A DNA stretch of 64,000 nucleotides from Octopus sinensis (GCF_006345805.1 NC_043011.1:5890001-5954000), one strand, 5' to 3'; positions 25,290 through 37,899 are shown, numbered from the stretch's first letter. Notes: generated from the letters alone by a model not told the origin. Translations and numbers: made by a program.

Positions 25290-26407
25290 TTATGATGGAG
25301 GAAACCTATAATCAAAAATATTCCAGCCATGACTATCCCTCTCTTTTATTTAGAAATCATGTTTTATCTAAGACAACATTACTCAAAGAAGTTATCCGGT
25401 CTAGTACCCTTTGTCAACAGATTTAAACATGTTGCCCCTTTCTCAACCCAGACACAACATTTCTCTGTTGAGTTCCCTCTTAATCCTAAATCCTTTTATT
25501 CTAATAACTTCCTTACTTGAACTACTGTTCTCTGGAACTCCCTACCACTGTCTTTCTTTTTTATACCTGGTCTGTGAGGGTCAGTTCTTAAAGCATTCTA
25601 TCAACATGTTTTAACTCTTTAGAATTTAAACCAGCCATATCTGGCCTCTCACACCAACCCTATAATGTCATTCTAAAAACTAACAGTTACCTCATCAAAA
25701 TCTCAAAGCTACAAGATTAATTGCATGATTAATTCAAAACAATCTGAATGACTAAACACTGGTTTTTATGGGATAATGTGAATGCTAAAGGGTTAGATTT
25801 GTAGGCCCCTTCTTTCCCTTCTTTATAATCCCTTACACTACAATGGCCTCAAGTCTGGTTTGGAGCAAAATCATGTGAGAAAAAAAATATTTTTAATGAC
25901 AGGTCCTGATGTAAGGGGAGATTTGACTGCTGTTTCTAGCATAGTGAGTGGCCACATTGATGCTCCTTCAATAAGCTCGTGTTTACTGAAGCATCAAGGG
26001 AACAGTTGTTAGAAGAGGGGAATTAGTCACAGTGGTATAATTTGGTGAATTTAAACTATCAAAGACACAAATACCTGACTATCTCTCCTCAAAGAATGAA
26101 GCGAAAAACATCAAAGATACAACTATTTTTTATATTTAGTAATGCTAATAATAACAATAATAACAACAACAACAGTAGTAGGAGTGGTGGTGGTGGTGAC
26201 AATATGATAATAGAGAAAATGGGTTAGTTATCTGTAGATAAAAAGTGAGATTCGTAGAAAGACAGGAAGGAAGGTAGGTCGGCACCAGCAGAATGATTTA
26301 TTGTTGAGGGGGTTCTTTGGAATATAGGGGTAAAAATAGATACCTGTAAATAAGATATGTGCATAAAAACTTGGCTGTATACAATCATAAACATGTAGCA
26401 CATTGAG

Positions 26408-26448
<41 letters not shown>

Positions 26449-26569
26449 TATATATATACACACACACACAAACACACCACTGTATGTGCATGCATGTTTA
26501 TACACAATTATACATGCATACAATATGTATTCATCTAAGCCATGCTAACATGGAAAAATGGGTGTAAAA

Positions 26570-26577
26570 CATATATA

Positions 26578-26609
<32 letters not shown>

Positions 26610-26612
26610 CAA

Positions 26613-26643
<31 letters not shown>

Positions 26644-26957
26644 TATATATACACACACATATATATATATACACACACATATATATATACACACGTATAT
26701 ATATACACACGTATATATATACACACACACATATATATATACACACGTATATATATACACACACAATATATATATATACACACACATATATATACACACG
26801 TATATATATACACACGTATATATATACACACACATATATATATACACACGTATATATATACACACACATATATATATATATATACAAAAACACATATATA
26901 TATACAGATACACGAACACACACACATATATACACATACATATATATATATATATAC
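26570..26957. repeat. (TA)n(CA)n higher-order microsatellite
   Basis: Recurring ATATATATACACACGT-like units. Confidence 0.9.
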
Positions 26958-27110
26958 AACGGGCTTCTTTCAGTTTCCATCTACCAAATCCACTGACAAG
27001 GATTTGGTTGGCCTGAGGCTATGGTAAAAGACACTTGCCCAAGGTGCCATGCAGAGGGACTGAACCCAGAAGCATGTGGTTGGTATGCAAGCTACTTACC
27101 ACACAGTCAC

Positions 27111-27150
<40 letters not shown>

Positions 27151-27151
27151 T

Positions 27152-27325
27152 CACCTTGATGACCTTGACCGACCAGTCCGTCAGGCGTCCATTTGACACC
27201 GCTGGTCACAGCACGCTGTCCACTCCTCTCTGGATCACGCCTTTCTCATCCACGTGATCCCAATCGTCCTCCTGAAATCGTAACTCCACCGTCGTGGAGG
27301 TCTTCTGGGTGGTCTTTTCCGCATA
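27152..27325 (-). mobile_element. Extreme 3' end of an RTE LINE between TA runs
   Basis: Minus frame RKRPPRRPPRRWSYDFRRTIGITWMRKA*SREEWTACCDQRC matches the RTE C-terminal RGRP..RW.D...W...A..R..W pattern. Confidence 0.7.
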
Positions 27326-27739
27326 TATATATATATAACAAAAACTGCCCAACAAACGGGAACGTGAAACTCCGAGTAACAGGCTTTGTTGAATTTCTGC
27401 TGCTTTTAAATAAAGCATATTACTCTACCCCTGGTATTTGAGTACTCTTTTTTCCACCTTGTTTCACATTTATGTGTTTACTCCAGTATATATATATATA
27501 TATAGTTCAATTTGACAACCCCACTAGAATGGACGAAAGCGCTAATATATGATGTATAAAAACATGTAATATACAAATAAATATCTGTAAATATAAAACC
27601 ATCCGAATTTCTGAGTACCTCATTTCTTCTAATATATATATATATCAATATATATATATATTATATATATATATATCATCATCGTTTATCATCATCGTTT
27701 AGCGTCCGTTCTCCATGCTAGCATGGGTTATATATATAA

Positions 27740-27770
<31 letters not shown>

Positions 27771-28634
27771 AACAGACCATGTACGCTGCTAAGTTAGTAC
27801 CTCTGCACTCGCATCATCACTCCCCACATGAACTATGTGAGTAATTGCTCTCAAGCAGAATATTTCATAAAAATTCTTTCTTTGTTCCAAACCTCCACCC
27901 CACCACCCCCACCCCACTATTCTCTATGTTGTCCCTACCTGCCACGGTGGGTGGGGCTGGCAGACCACGGCAAAGATCTTCTCAGTGGTGCATAATTGCC
28001 ATATTTCGATAAAGATATTCTTGTAATATCAACGACCGACCACAAGGCTGTTGTAAATACATTCTCCATACAGAACCATTTACACTTCACTCTCTGTCAT
28101 CGTGGAGTTAAGTTATTTTAGGATGGTATTTGACATTTTTTTTTTCCCCTTCCTCTTTCTTCTACCTTCCTTGTTTTCGTCTCTCCTACACTATCAGTGA
28201 ATTAGACATAGTTAGACATAGTCATATCTGTCACACTATAAACACATAGCCGTAGACATGCAAGAGGCAGCCATGGGCATGTCTCCCATACAATCAGTGA
28301 ATCAGACATAGATACAGCCATCTTCCCACACTATCAGATAATATAGTCAGGTCTCCCACACTATTAATTAAACATAATCATCTCCCTTCCCCCACTCTAT
28401 TACACTATAAGACATCAATGCCACACTATCAGTTAGCTACAGTCATCTCTATCATACTATTCATTAGCCAAAAATGTGTCAAAGCCATCAGGAGGCGTCG
28501 ATGCTTCCTAGGGCTATACAGCGGTGGTGTACCCCCCTACTGTCACGTTCGTGTTAGATTGACAGTATACAACCATTCTATCGCCCCACCACCGTACATG
28601 TCTCTACGAGAGATTTAGAAATTTAGTATTTCTT

Positions 28635-28689
<55 letters not shown>

Positions 28690-28692
<3 letters not shown>

Positions 28693-28985
28693 TAGGGAAT
28701 AAATCCAAACTTACAGGGAAAAATCAGATTTAGGATTAAATCCAATTTTATAGTATAAATATATTATATTATATTATATTAAATTAGAGATAAAACCACT
28801 ATTAGGCAAATCAAACAATGAAAAACATAAGCCAATACATAAAATTAATTAATTTATATTATTTTAAATATATATCAAAAGTATTAAAAGTTTAATAAAA
28901 GATAAAGAGTAAAACACTACGATCGTTTCATGGCTGTACAATTCGTAATAATTCGAGTTATGGTTACAGTCAATCTTCAGGTTAT
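28690..28985 (-). mobile_element. AT-rich hammerhead-bearing element abutting (TA)n
   Basis: Starts at the edge of the TA array (28690) and is cut on the right by the Helentron-like element. Confidence 0.45.
28912..28985 (-). ncRNA. Degenerate type I hammerhead
   Basis: Minus strand: CUGAAGA(28980-28974)-U-UGACUGUA...UACAGCCA-U-GAAA-C-GAUC-G-UA. The stem III loop is palindromic, stem II has a terminal U-U mismatch, and stem I is poor. Confidence 0.5.
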
Positions 28986-29373
28986 ACTAGCAATATCACC
29001 CGGTGTTGCTTGGGTTTGTTTTGACCCTTTAGAATTAAAGTAAAAATTTTGCATTATGTAGCTTGTTATTCTCTTTAAGTGAACATTTTTCTGGTTGAAA
29101 TACACTGAAAAATGGTGAGACAGCAGTCAAAAAATCGCAAAAATTAGGGATTTTCATAGAAAAAAAGCACCTTTTTGATGTAAATAATTTTTGGTGTTAA
29201 CATGGTCCGATTTGAATTTTTTCTTCTACAGAAGGAAGAGCAAGCCTTCTTCTATCATACTCTCAATTTTGGTCAACTTGCGCCGCAGGGTCTCAGAGGA
29301 GATAGTGTTAGATGAAGGCTACCAAACCTGCCATACACTGAAGACAACTTCAGCTTTATATATATATAGAGAT
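28986..29373 (+). mobile_element. Helentron/Helitron-type non-autonomous element (Lep1/HINE-like layout)
   Basis: 5' ACTAGCAATATCACCCGGTGTTGCTTGGG with an imperfect subterminal palindrome. 3' ...ACAACTTCAGCTTTATATATATATAGAGAT. No TSD seen. Confidence 0.5.
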
Positions 29374-29628
29374 AGATATATATCGTCAATGTATCTCATA
29401 TTTCCAAAAAAGAAGCAGACTCTTAAACAGCGTTTCTCAACTGGGGTTCCGTGAGATAGAGTGAAATAAGCTGAAGCTAATTTCATGATCGTAATATTAC
29501 TATACATGCATGATATATCATTGGTTATTGTAGTATTGTAATGTAGGCATCATCCTATCTAACCTGTTATGTTATCAAAAAGAATATAACATATTTGGTG
29601 ATGCTTGTACTTTATGGACACCCTATAT

Positions 29629-29660
<32 letters not shown>

Positions 29661-29680
29661 ATATATATATATATATATTA

Positions 29681-30163
29681 CAGGGTGGCCCAAAAGTAGG
29701 TTTACAATTATCACGTAGGCACTTTAAATTTCTTTTAAAACATTTTATTACATTTAAATTTCTATCTTACAAATTGAAAAGGGAGTTTGACAAAATTAAC
29801 TAAATTAGCATAGAATAATGGTTTCATATTTTTTTTCATAATCAAGATCTAAACTGCTAATATATCAATGCGAAAGGCGGCGAGCTGGCAGAAACATTAG
29901 CACGCCGGGCGAAATGAGTAGCCGTATTTCATCTGCCGTTACGTTCTGAGCTCAAATTCCGCCGAGGTCGACTTTGCCTTTCATCCTTTCGGGGTCGATA
30001 AATTAAGTACCAGTTACGCACTGGGGTCGATGTAATCGACTTAATCCGTTAGTCTGTCCTTGTTTGTCCTCTCTGTGTTTAGCCCCTTGTGGGCAATAAA
30101 GAAATACATATCAATGCGAAAGAAATAGTTCAATAACTGTAAACCTACTTTTGGATCACCCTA
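29681..30163. mobile_element. Tc1/mariner-type MITE
   Basis: TIRs CAGGGTGGCCCAAAAGTAGGTTTACA / TGTAAACCTACTTTTGGATCACCCTA. Inserted at TA in a TA run. Confidence 0.75.
29876..30107 (+). mobile_element. Full-length SINE family B (GGCGGCGAGCTGGCAG head)
   Basis: 14-bp TSD ATATCAATGCGAAA at 29862-29875 and 30108-30121. Confidence 0.9.
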
Positions 30164-30526
30164 TGTATATATGTGTGTGTGTGTGTGTGTGTGTGATATT
30201 TATCATGTGAACTACGAAGAAAAATATGAGAAAGATATGGTATATAATTTTTTTTTGTGCAGGGGTTCCTTGAGACATGTAATTTATTTTAAGGGTTACA
30301 CAAGGGTAAAAAGGTTGAGGAACACTGCTCTAAAATATCCGAGGGTTGTGACATTTTGGATTCTACTAAAGGTATCCAAATTGTTGGGTGTAATAGATCA
30401 AGTCCACCACCTGAGGAGGCTGTGCTGGGATTTGAACTTGGAACGCAAAGGCTTGGAATAAGCAATCTTTTCCTTTCTACTGTAAACAAAAGGCCTGACA
30501 TTCTGGAGAGGGTGTAAATTCATTAT

Positions 30527-31535
30527 TTATTTGTTGCATATGTTAATGACATAGATGCCAACTTAAAGAATGCCACAGTGCTGAAATATGCAGATGACAT
30601 CAAGCTGTACCTCGAAATAAAGAGGTCAAATCCTGTACACTATAGATCTCTATTGCAAGCAGACCTGGACACAATGCAGCAGTGGATCATGGACTGGCAA
30701 CTCAAGCTGGCTGTGGACAAATGTACGACCATGCATTTTGGGAGGAGAAACCCAGCGTCCACCTACTCCCTCCACAACACTAGTCTCAAAAAGTCTTCAT
30801 GTGAACGTGACCTGGGTGTTATTGTCGACAGTGATTTGCGTTGGACAAAACACATCGCTAAAATTGTCAAGAAGGTTGAGGGTGTCTTGGAATCACTCAC
30901 CAAATCCTTTGTGAGCCGCTCTCCAGCTATCTATCTGCGGCTTTATATAGCTATGGTAAGACCTCACCTGGAATTTGCATCACCGGTCTGGAACCCCTAT
31001 CTTGCCCAGGATATCAATCGTCAGCAACGTGCAACCAAAAGAATACCCTCCATCAGGCATTTGCCATATCCTGAACGCCTTACTTCCCTGGGCATGGACA
31101 CATTGAAACTCCGACGTCTGGCAGCTGACTTGGCAGACACCCACAAAATTATCAACCATCGTACAAACAATAACTCTGAGCACCTTTTCAAACTCCACAC
31201 GTCTAACACCCGTGGACATATTTACAAAGTCAGAAAACAGCACAGCTCTCATGACTTCAGGAAACATTTTTTCACGCTGAGAGTTGCTGAAGCATGGAAC
31301 AAACTGCCGGCATCAGTTGTTAGTTGTCGGAGCACTGCATCCTTCAAAACTTCCATGCTTTCTGAGATTCGCCAACACTACACTTGATTTTCTCCCCTCC
31401 ATACACACACAAGCATGTATCTGACTCATACATTGTTCGCTTTCCAGACATTTCTACATTACTGCATGTGCTTTATATGCACTTTCTGACAAGTTGTGGT
31501 GCACCTGAGCACTGTATACAATAATTTCATTATTA
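30527..31535 (+). mobile_element. CR1/L2-clade LINE 3' fragment (RT C-terminal half + 3' UTR + ATT tail)
   Basis: LFVAYVNDID..VLKYADDIKLY, ERDLGVIVDSDL, VRPHLEFASPVWNP, RGHIYKV..RKHFFTLRVAEAWNKLP (ORF 30578-31387). The UTR end recurs inverted at about 19015-19055. Confidence 0.9.
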
Positions 31536-32639
31536 TATTATTATTATTATTATATTATATTACATTGACCCCAATATTCAGCTGGTAGTTATTTCATCAA
31601 CCCCTGAAAAGGACGAAGGCAAAGTTGACCTCAGCAGGATTTGAACTCAGAATGTGATGGTCCAGCATGCAAACGATTCTACCATCTTTGCCATTTCAGT
31701 TTGTAACAAGTAATGCAAAAGACCTTGTTTGATGATCCACCACCAAAAGTGCCTCAAGTACTACTACTACTACCTTCCCCAATCACAACCATCACTATTA
31801 ACCACTACTACTACAGCTACCACCACCACCACTACCAAAACCATGACTACTACTACTACTACTACTACTACTACAGGATTCTAATAATCTCTGTATCGTT
31901 CCAATTTTAGAATATGTCTTAAGTGGGAGAGCACTTATCATCATCATCATCATCAACAGCAACAACATCAACAAAACTAAAGTCCTTATTCTACCAGTCA
32001 ACAGTTCCTTCTTAATCTACGGATTCTACTTTCCAGCTAAATTCCCAGTGTCGGCCTCCTCCTCTCCCATCCTCCCCACCACTTCTTATTCTTCTTCCTT
32101 TTTGGCATTGTAGCTGTAAATTGTTTTCTTCCACCAAACTTCCTGACACCATCCCATTTGTCGACAGCCAGGGCCAACAGGCGTTCAGTTTTTCTTTTGT
32201 TTGTTCCGACCGTTTTCCTTGTTTCCTTCCTATAACAGTCAACATACTGGACGTCTTTTGCGGAATATTTTCCAGCTTTGCATGTGGTATTTGTCAGATA
32301 TGGAATTTGTGAATTGCTGCTTAATCAGAGACGGTTGTTTTGTGTTAGGTCATGCGGCAGTTGGAGAGTGGAATTGCATTCTCAGGATTAAATGTTTATG
32401 AATAGAAATGGAAATATATTTCTTTATTGCCCACAAGGGGTTAAACATAGAAGGGACAAACAAGGACAGACAAACGGATTAAGTCGATTACATCGACCCC
32501 AGTGCGTAACTGGTATTTTATTTATCGACCCCGAAAGGATGAAGGGCAAAGTCGACCTCGGCGGAATTTGAACTCAATGTGGTTCAGAAGCTCACTTTAC
32601 AGTTGTTTACAACCATCCTGTGATATCAAGACAAGGGTA

Positions 32640-32675
<36 letters not shown>

Positions 32676-33244
32676 ACAGGCTTCTTTCAGCTTCCATTTA
32701 CCAAATCCACAGGGTGGCTAAAGATAAAATAAAAAAACACAGATTTCTCCCTAAACATGTAAATAAACTTTTCTGATTGGCTGATTTAATAAATATAAGA
32801 AAGATTTCAGATAGACACAAAACAATAATGCCAAAGTAAGCCCTGATAAAGCAAACCTATGATCCAAGGCTTTCTAGCCATGACCAGCTAGTCTTTACAT
32901 ATATCTATGAGCTCATACTCCAATATGTCTTCTGTTTTATAAGGCAGCAAGGTATGCATTGAGGGCAAGCTGGCTGCTATTTCTAGCAAAGTAGCAACCA
33001 CATAGAGAATCATTAGAAACCTGTGTGTTTTTATAGATGTAACCTCATTAGTGATCATAACCATGGGCCGTTCATTAAAATGAGGACAGCTGAGATGGCC
33101 AAGACAGGTGATTGCCAAACTAAAATTCATTTAATGGTCAAATAATTAATGTAATGAGATATAAATACCTAATTAGTTAATAATACTAATTAATCAATAA
33201 TAATAATAATATAATATAATATAATAATAATAATCAATAATAAC

Positions 33245-33395
33245 TACACTCACGGAGTGGTTGGCGTTAGGAAGGGCATCCAGCTGTAGAAACACTGCCA
33301 GATCAGACTGGTGCAGCCTCCTGGCTTCCCAGACCCCTGTCAAACCGTGCTAGCATGGAAAACAGACGTTAAAAGATGATGATGATGATGATGAA
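33245..33395 (+). mobile_element. Family D repeat (GGAGTGGTTGGCGTTAGGAAGGGCATCCAG...GCATGGAAA..GACGTTAAA.(GAT)n)
   Basis: Recurs inverted at about 12283-12500, 19340-19540, 39925-40130, 53560-53700 and 58340-58430. The 3' end is shared with the RTE fragment at 44370-44415. Confidence 0.75.
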
Positions 33396-34374
33396 TTGTA
33401 TGACCAAAACAAGCCACTAACTCAGCTACTAATATCTTAAATCTGGTTTTGACAAATGTGGAACAGAACTCTGAAGACTCTTGCCTCAGATCTCCTCGGC
33501 AAAGCATAAACTTCTTTGAGCTTAGCTTAGCTTCTACTTGGTTCTTAGACTCCAATACCACAGGAATCAACTTTGCTTTCATAAAATAAAACCAGGTAGA
33601 ATTCATAACTTCGACAGAAATGGACAAACATCGAAAAGCATCAAGAAATACAACATCACCCTCCCTCATTCCCAGCCACAAACCAACCACATGTATTCCA
33701 CACCTTCCTATTCCCCTCTTTTATCAGAAGGTTGCCCATATATGGCCACATTCCTGAGAGACCACAGAATCATAATAATGTCGTTGTAATACATGACCAA
33801 AACCACTTCATATTCAGCTCATTTTAACAACTGATGGAAGAGATTTCATGTCTCCTCAACATTTTTTCCCTAACACTATAATCTGTTCAAACGATGCTCC
33901 ATATATGGAATAACATGAAGGATCTGTCTACAGTATTTCATTTCCAGAAGCCATGATCTTTCTCTCACTTGCATTATGAAACCTCTCTCACTCGCACCCT
34001 TCAAAACCTATTGAAATAAGTTGTTTAAAAGCATAACATTTGTAGTTATGGTAACAGATATTTTGTCCAAAAACTGCACATAGATCGGTCAAGGAATCGA
34101 ACTCACAGCTTCACGGTCGTAAGCTCGACACTCTAACCATTGAGCCATGCACCTAAATATAATTATATTTAATGTTCAACACAAATAAGAATTTTCGTAT
34201 TAAGAATAAACTTAAAGAGTCCAGAGAACATAAAATATTTTAAACAAATACACGGATTGAAAAATATCAGAGCGTGTAGATGCTATACCTCCCCTTACAA
34301 CTACTGCTGTTGTTAGTGACAATGCCAATGGTACCCCCTCAGCCTTGTCACCATGGTGGCGGTGGCGGTGGCGG

Positions 34375-34495
34375 TGGCGATGGCGATGGCGATGGCGATG
34401 GCGATGGCGATGGCGATGGCGATGGCGATGGCGATGGCGATGGCGATGGCGATGGCGATGGCGATGGCGATGGCGATGGCGATGGCGATGGCGAC
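34375..34495. repeat. Perfect (GGCGAT)n hexamer array, about 20 units
   Basis: Direct reading. Confidence 0.95.
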
Positions 34496-34560
34496 AATGA
34501 CTGGAATAATTCTCTAAAATAAATAAAGTCAAGTGTTGAAGTTGTGAACAACTGTCTAGG

Positions 34561-34594
<34 letters not shown>

Positions 34595-34999
34595 ACAAGT
34601 AGGTGTTCCTGCTATTATTGCAATGGTGGTGATGGTAACTTCCTGCTTTCAAGAGAAAGGGGTGAACATATGCACACATGCAAACATACACATATATATA
34701 CAAACACACATACACACTCATACACAAATATACACACATCCATATACATACACATGCAAACATTTACCCCCAAATCGGTTGAGAGATGTACAGAGAGAAT
34801 TGATGTGATGACAGCATTGTAATCATGAACATCGACAGACAGAGCAAATACCACCACCGCTGTCATCACCATCACCATCACATACTGCAAGAAGAAGAAG
34901 AAGTGGAAGGAATGAAACAATAATGGGCAAACAACAATCTTTTGGCCAGGCCCTTCGTCAGGCCTGACCCTTCGTCCGGTTAGGACAATGAAGGTTTCC

Positions 35000-35285
35000 A
35001 CTTGATCCAACCAACAGAACAGCCTGCTCATGAAATTAACATGCAAGTGGCTAAGTACTCCACAGACACGTGTACCCTTAAAGTATCCCCCAGGGAGATT
35101 CTGCGTGACACAGAATGTGACAAGGCTGACCCTTTGAATTACAGGTACAATTCATTTTTGCCAGCTGAGTGAACTGGAGTTATATGAAATAAATGTCTTG
35201 TTCAAGGTCACAACATGCTGCCAGGAACTGAACTCATGACCTTATGATAGTGAGCCGAACATCCTAACCGCCAAGCCACCTACTT
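35000..35285 (-). mobile_element. SINE family C copy
   Basis: Reverse complement of the family C body and tail. Confidence 0.65.
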
Positions 35286-35714
35286 TCACTACAACAATTT
35301 TTTATGCAATGTTTAAAAGATGACTGAATAATTAGGATTAACAACTATTTATGCAAATAAATCGCTGTGACTAAAGACAGAAGCCCAAAATATGGTTGTT
35401 GTGTATTCTAGCTCCAAGTTTCAACCAGCCAAAATCAATCAGCTTGTTACATTTTAATTAACTTCGTAAAGGCATCAAATTGCGAGTAATTAGTGCAGCC
35501 TAAAATTGAAGTTGGTTCATAAAGAGTCAGTTGTAAAAGTTGTTTAGTGACTGAAGCCAAAGAGCAGACTGTCTCGTCTACAAAATAAGCAAATTTCATT
35601 TGGCAGATAAATTTTTAATTCCTGGAAATTATCTCCCCTTGATCTTTGACAGTTGCCAACGTTACTGCTAAGTCTTTGGTAAGATTTTTTTTTCTTTTGA
35701 ATATGAGAAATTTT

Positions 35715-35861
35715 CAGTGTGGTAAGTAGCTTGCTTACCAACCACATGATTCCAGGTTCAATCCCACTGCGTGGCACCTTGGGCAAGTGTCTTCTACTAT
35801 AGCCTCGGGCCGACCAAAGTCTTGTGAGTGGATTTGGTAGATGGAAACTGAAAGAAGCCCA

Positions 35862-35958
<97 letters not shown>

Positions 35959-36160
35959 TGTGTGTGTGTGTGTGTATGTTTGTGTGTCTGTGTTTGTGCC
36001 CCCACCATCATTGACAACTGATGTTGGTGTGTTTACATCCCCAGCTGTTCAGCAAAGAGACCACTAGAACAAGTTCTAGGCTTACAAAGAATAAGTTCTG
36101 GGGTTGATTTGTTCAACTTAAAGGCCATGTCAAATGACTGAAACAAATAAAAGAATAAAA
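35715..36160 (+). mobile_element. SINE family A
   Basis: Family A with expanded (TG)n centre. Confidence 0.8.
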
Positions 36161-36334
36161 GTATATCAATCTTGAACTTTATTATCCCTTTCCAATGTCA
36201 TTAATCCATTTGAGTTAATGCCCTTAGCTCATTTTAGCTTTCATTATACAGGTGAAACTAGTTAGACAAGCCAAAAATTATATTTGTCCTATATGTAAAA
36301 TATCTATGCCAACCAATCAAGCAGTCTTGAGTAG

Positions 36335-36385
36335 GTGACAGCTGATGAGGTCCAACAGACTGAAACATGTCCATAGTTGTCTGTC
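36335..36385 (+). ncRNA. Possible minimal hammerhead relic
   Basis: CUGAUGA(36342-36348)-GGUC-caaca-GACU-GAAA(36362-36365)-CAUG-UC. The tetraloop is palindromic, but stem I does not pair directly. Confidence 0.35.
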
Positions 36386-37238
36386 TCCCTTGCCTGCTAC
36401 AACCACTCAAACTTCCCTTTATTTTCCTAAGCATGTAAATAAAACTTAGAGAGATTAATTCTTAATCTCCTCAAATTATCTCCCTTCATCCTTGAAGTCG
36501 CTAACATTACCATTAGGTCTTGGTTTTTTTCTTTCTCCAATCAAGAGGAGAAATTTAAGTTTTTATCTCATTTTTTTTTCTTTTTCATAGAGCATTCAAT
36601 ACATCATACTTCATGTTTAATTTAATATGCACTTCTATTTGATATGTCAGACACAGCTGCCATTTTTGATCCCACCCCCTTTTAACGACTCTAACCCTAC
36701 ACTTTTGAGATAGCAATGTGAATTGCTCACTTCTATTGTCTGCCATCCATCTAACTTTTTCCATCATCATCATCATCATTATTATTATCGTTAGATTATT
36801 CCTCAGTGAAGCAAATGATGAAATTTAGTCTCAGATGTGAAACATTACCAAGTTCCAAAACAACAAAATGAAACAAAAAAAAAAACCCATTTACTGAAAA
36901 GCTAATATCAACACGCCTGCTGTCCCGACTTTATTTCAAACAATAACAATAGAAGTCTGGCCATTTTATCGACAGAATGGCATCTCTTAACATTTCCCCT
37001 TAAGACAATTCAGAAATCTATCAGAGATATATAAAAAAACAATACCATTTTCATTTGGGAAATAAAAATCTATAAATAATTACCATTTTTTGAGGTTATC
37101 TTGTTTTTTTTTTTCTTTTTAGTTCTAAGTAAAGTTTTGTGAGTCGTGTTTTAATGTTAACACTTTTACTACAATGTCTTGTATACTGCTAATTCTATGC
37201 AAGACTAATCCTTTTGTTAACCATTTAAAGGTTTAAAG

Positions 37239-37445
37239 CAGGGGTTGGCAAACCAGGGTAAATTACCCCAAGTGGAGTAAAAATGAAATTCTTGTGGGCA
37301 ATGAGGACTCATTAGACATAAGTAAGATTATATAAAAAATGTGTTCCTGTTATCTATGATTTTCTTCCATTTGAACCAAGGGGTTAACATTGATGTAAAG
37401 AAATATACTTCAGGAGAATTGGTTAAAAAAGTTCGCCGATCCTTG
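37239..37445. mobile_element. Degenerate hAT-type MITE
   Basis: TIR-like CAGGGGTTGGCAAAC / GTTCGCCGATCCTTG. Flanks GTTTAAAG / GTTTAACC. Confidence 0.5.
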
Positions 37446-37447
37446 GT

Positions 37448-37899
37448 TTAACCCATTCATTACCAACCTGGCTGAAACTGGCTCTGGCTCTGAGTACAAA
37501 TGTCTTGTTTTCATAAGTTCTGAATTAAAACCTTCCACCAAACTTTAGTCTCAATTTATGTTCCTAACACTAGGCTTAATGATAACTAAGTTATTTTACT
37601 AAATTCTTTGTTGTATTTAAAATCAATTGAAAGAGCATCCCAAAAGAAATATGGTACCAAAAGGGTCAAAGTCACCATGATATTCTTAACCCTTTTGATA
37701 CCAACCTGGCTCTGTAGTACAAATGTTTTGTTTTCATAAGTTTTGAATTAAAATCTTCCACCACACCTTAGTCACAATTTATGTTCCTAACACTAGCTTA
37801 ATGATAACCTAGTTTTTTCACTAAATTCTTTCTAATATTTAAAATTAATTGAGAGAAACACAGAGCATCTCAAAATAAATACAGTAACGAAAGGGTTAA
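37448..37899. mobile_element. Two tandem piggyBac-like MITEs
   Basis: TTAA-CCC...GGG-TCAA and TTAA-CCCTTTTGATAC...GTAACGAAAGGG-TTAA. Internal sequence matches 13084-13311. Confidence 0.7.

Larger units (their letters stand above)
29428..30327. mobile_element. hAT-type MITE, host to nested insertions
   Basis: TIRs CAGCGTTTCTCAAC / GTTGAGGAACACTG. 8-bp TSD CTCTTAAA / CTCTAAAA (7 of 8 match). Confidence 0.7.

Noticed and set aside
33340-33690. 116-aa minus ORF
   Set aside because: Runs into a family D tail and has no recognisable motif.
34075-34150. tRNA-like sequence on the minus strand
   Set aside because: It resembles the heads of the local SINE families and I could not pair a clean acceptor stem. 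Treated as a SINE head, not a tRNA gene.
34940-34965. CTGACGA hammerhead-like core on the minus strand
   Set aside because: No GAAA (reads CCAAAA). It is better explained as a short duplication in a SINE tail.
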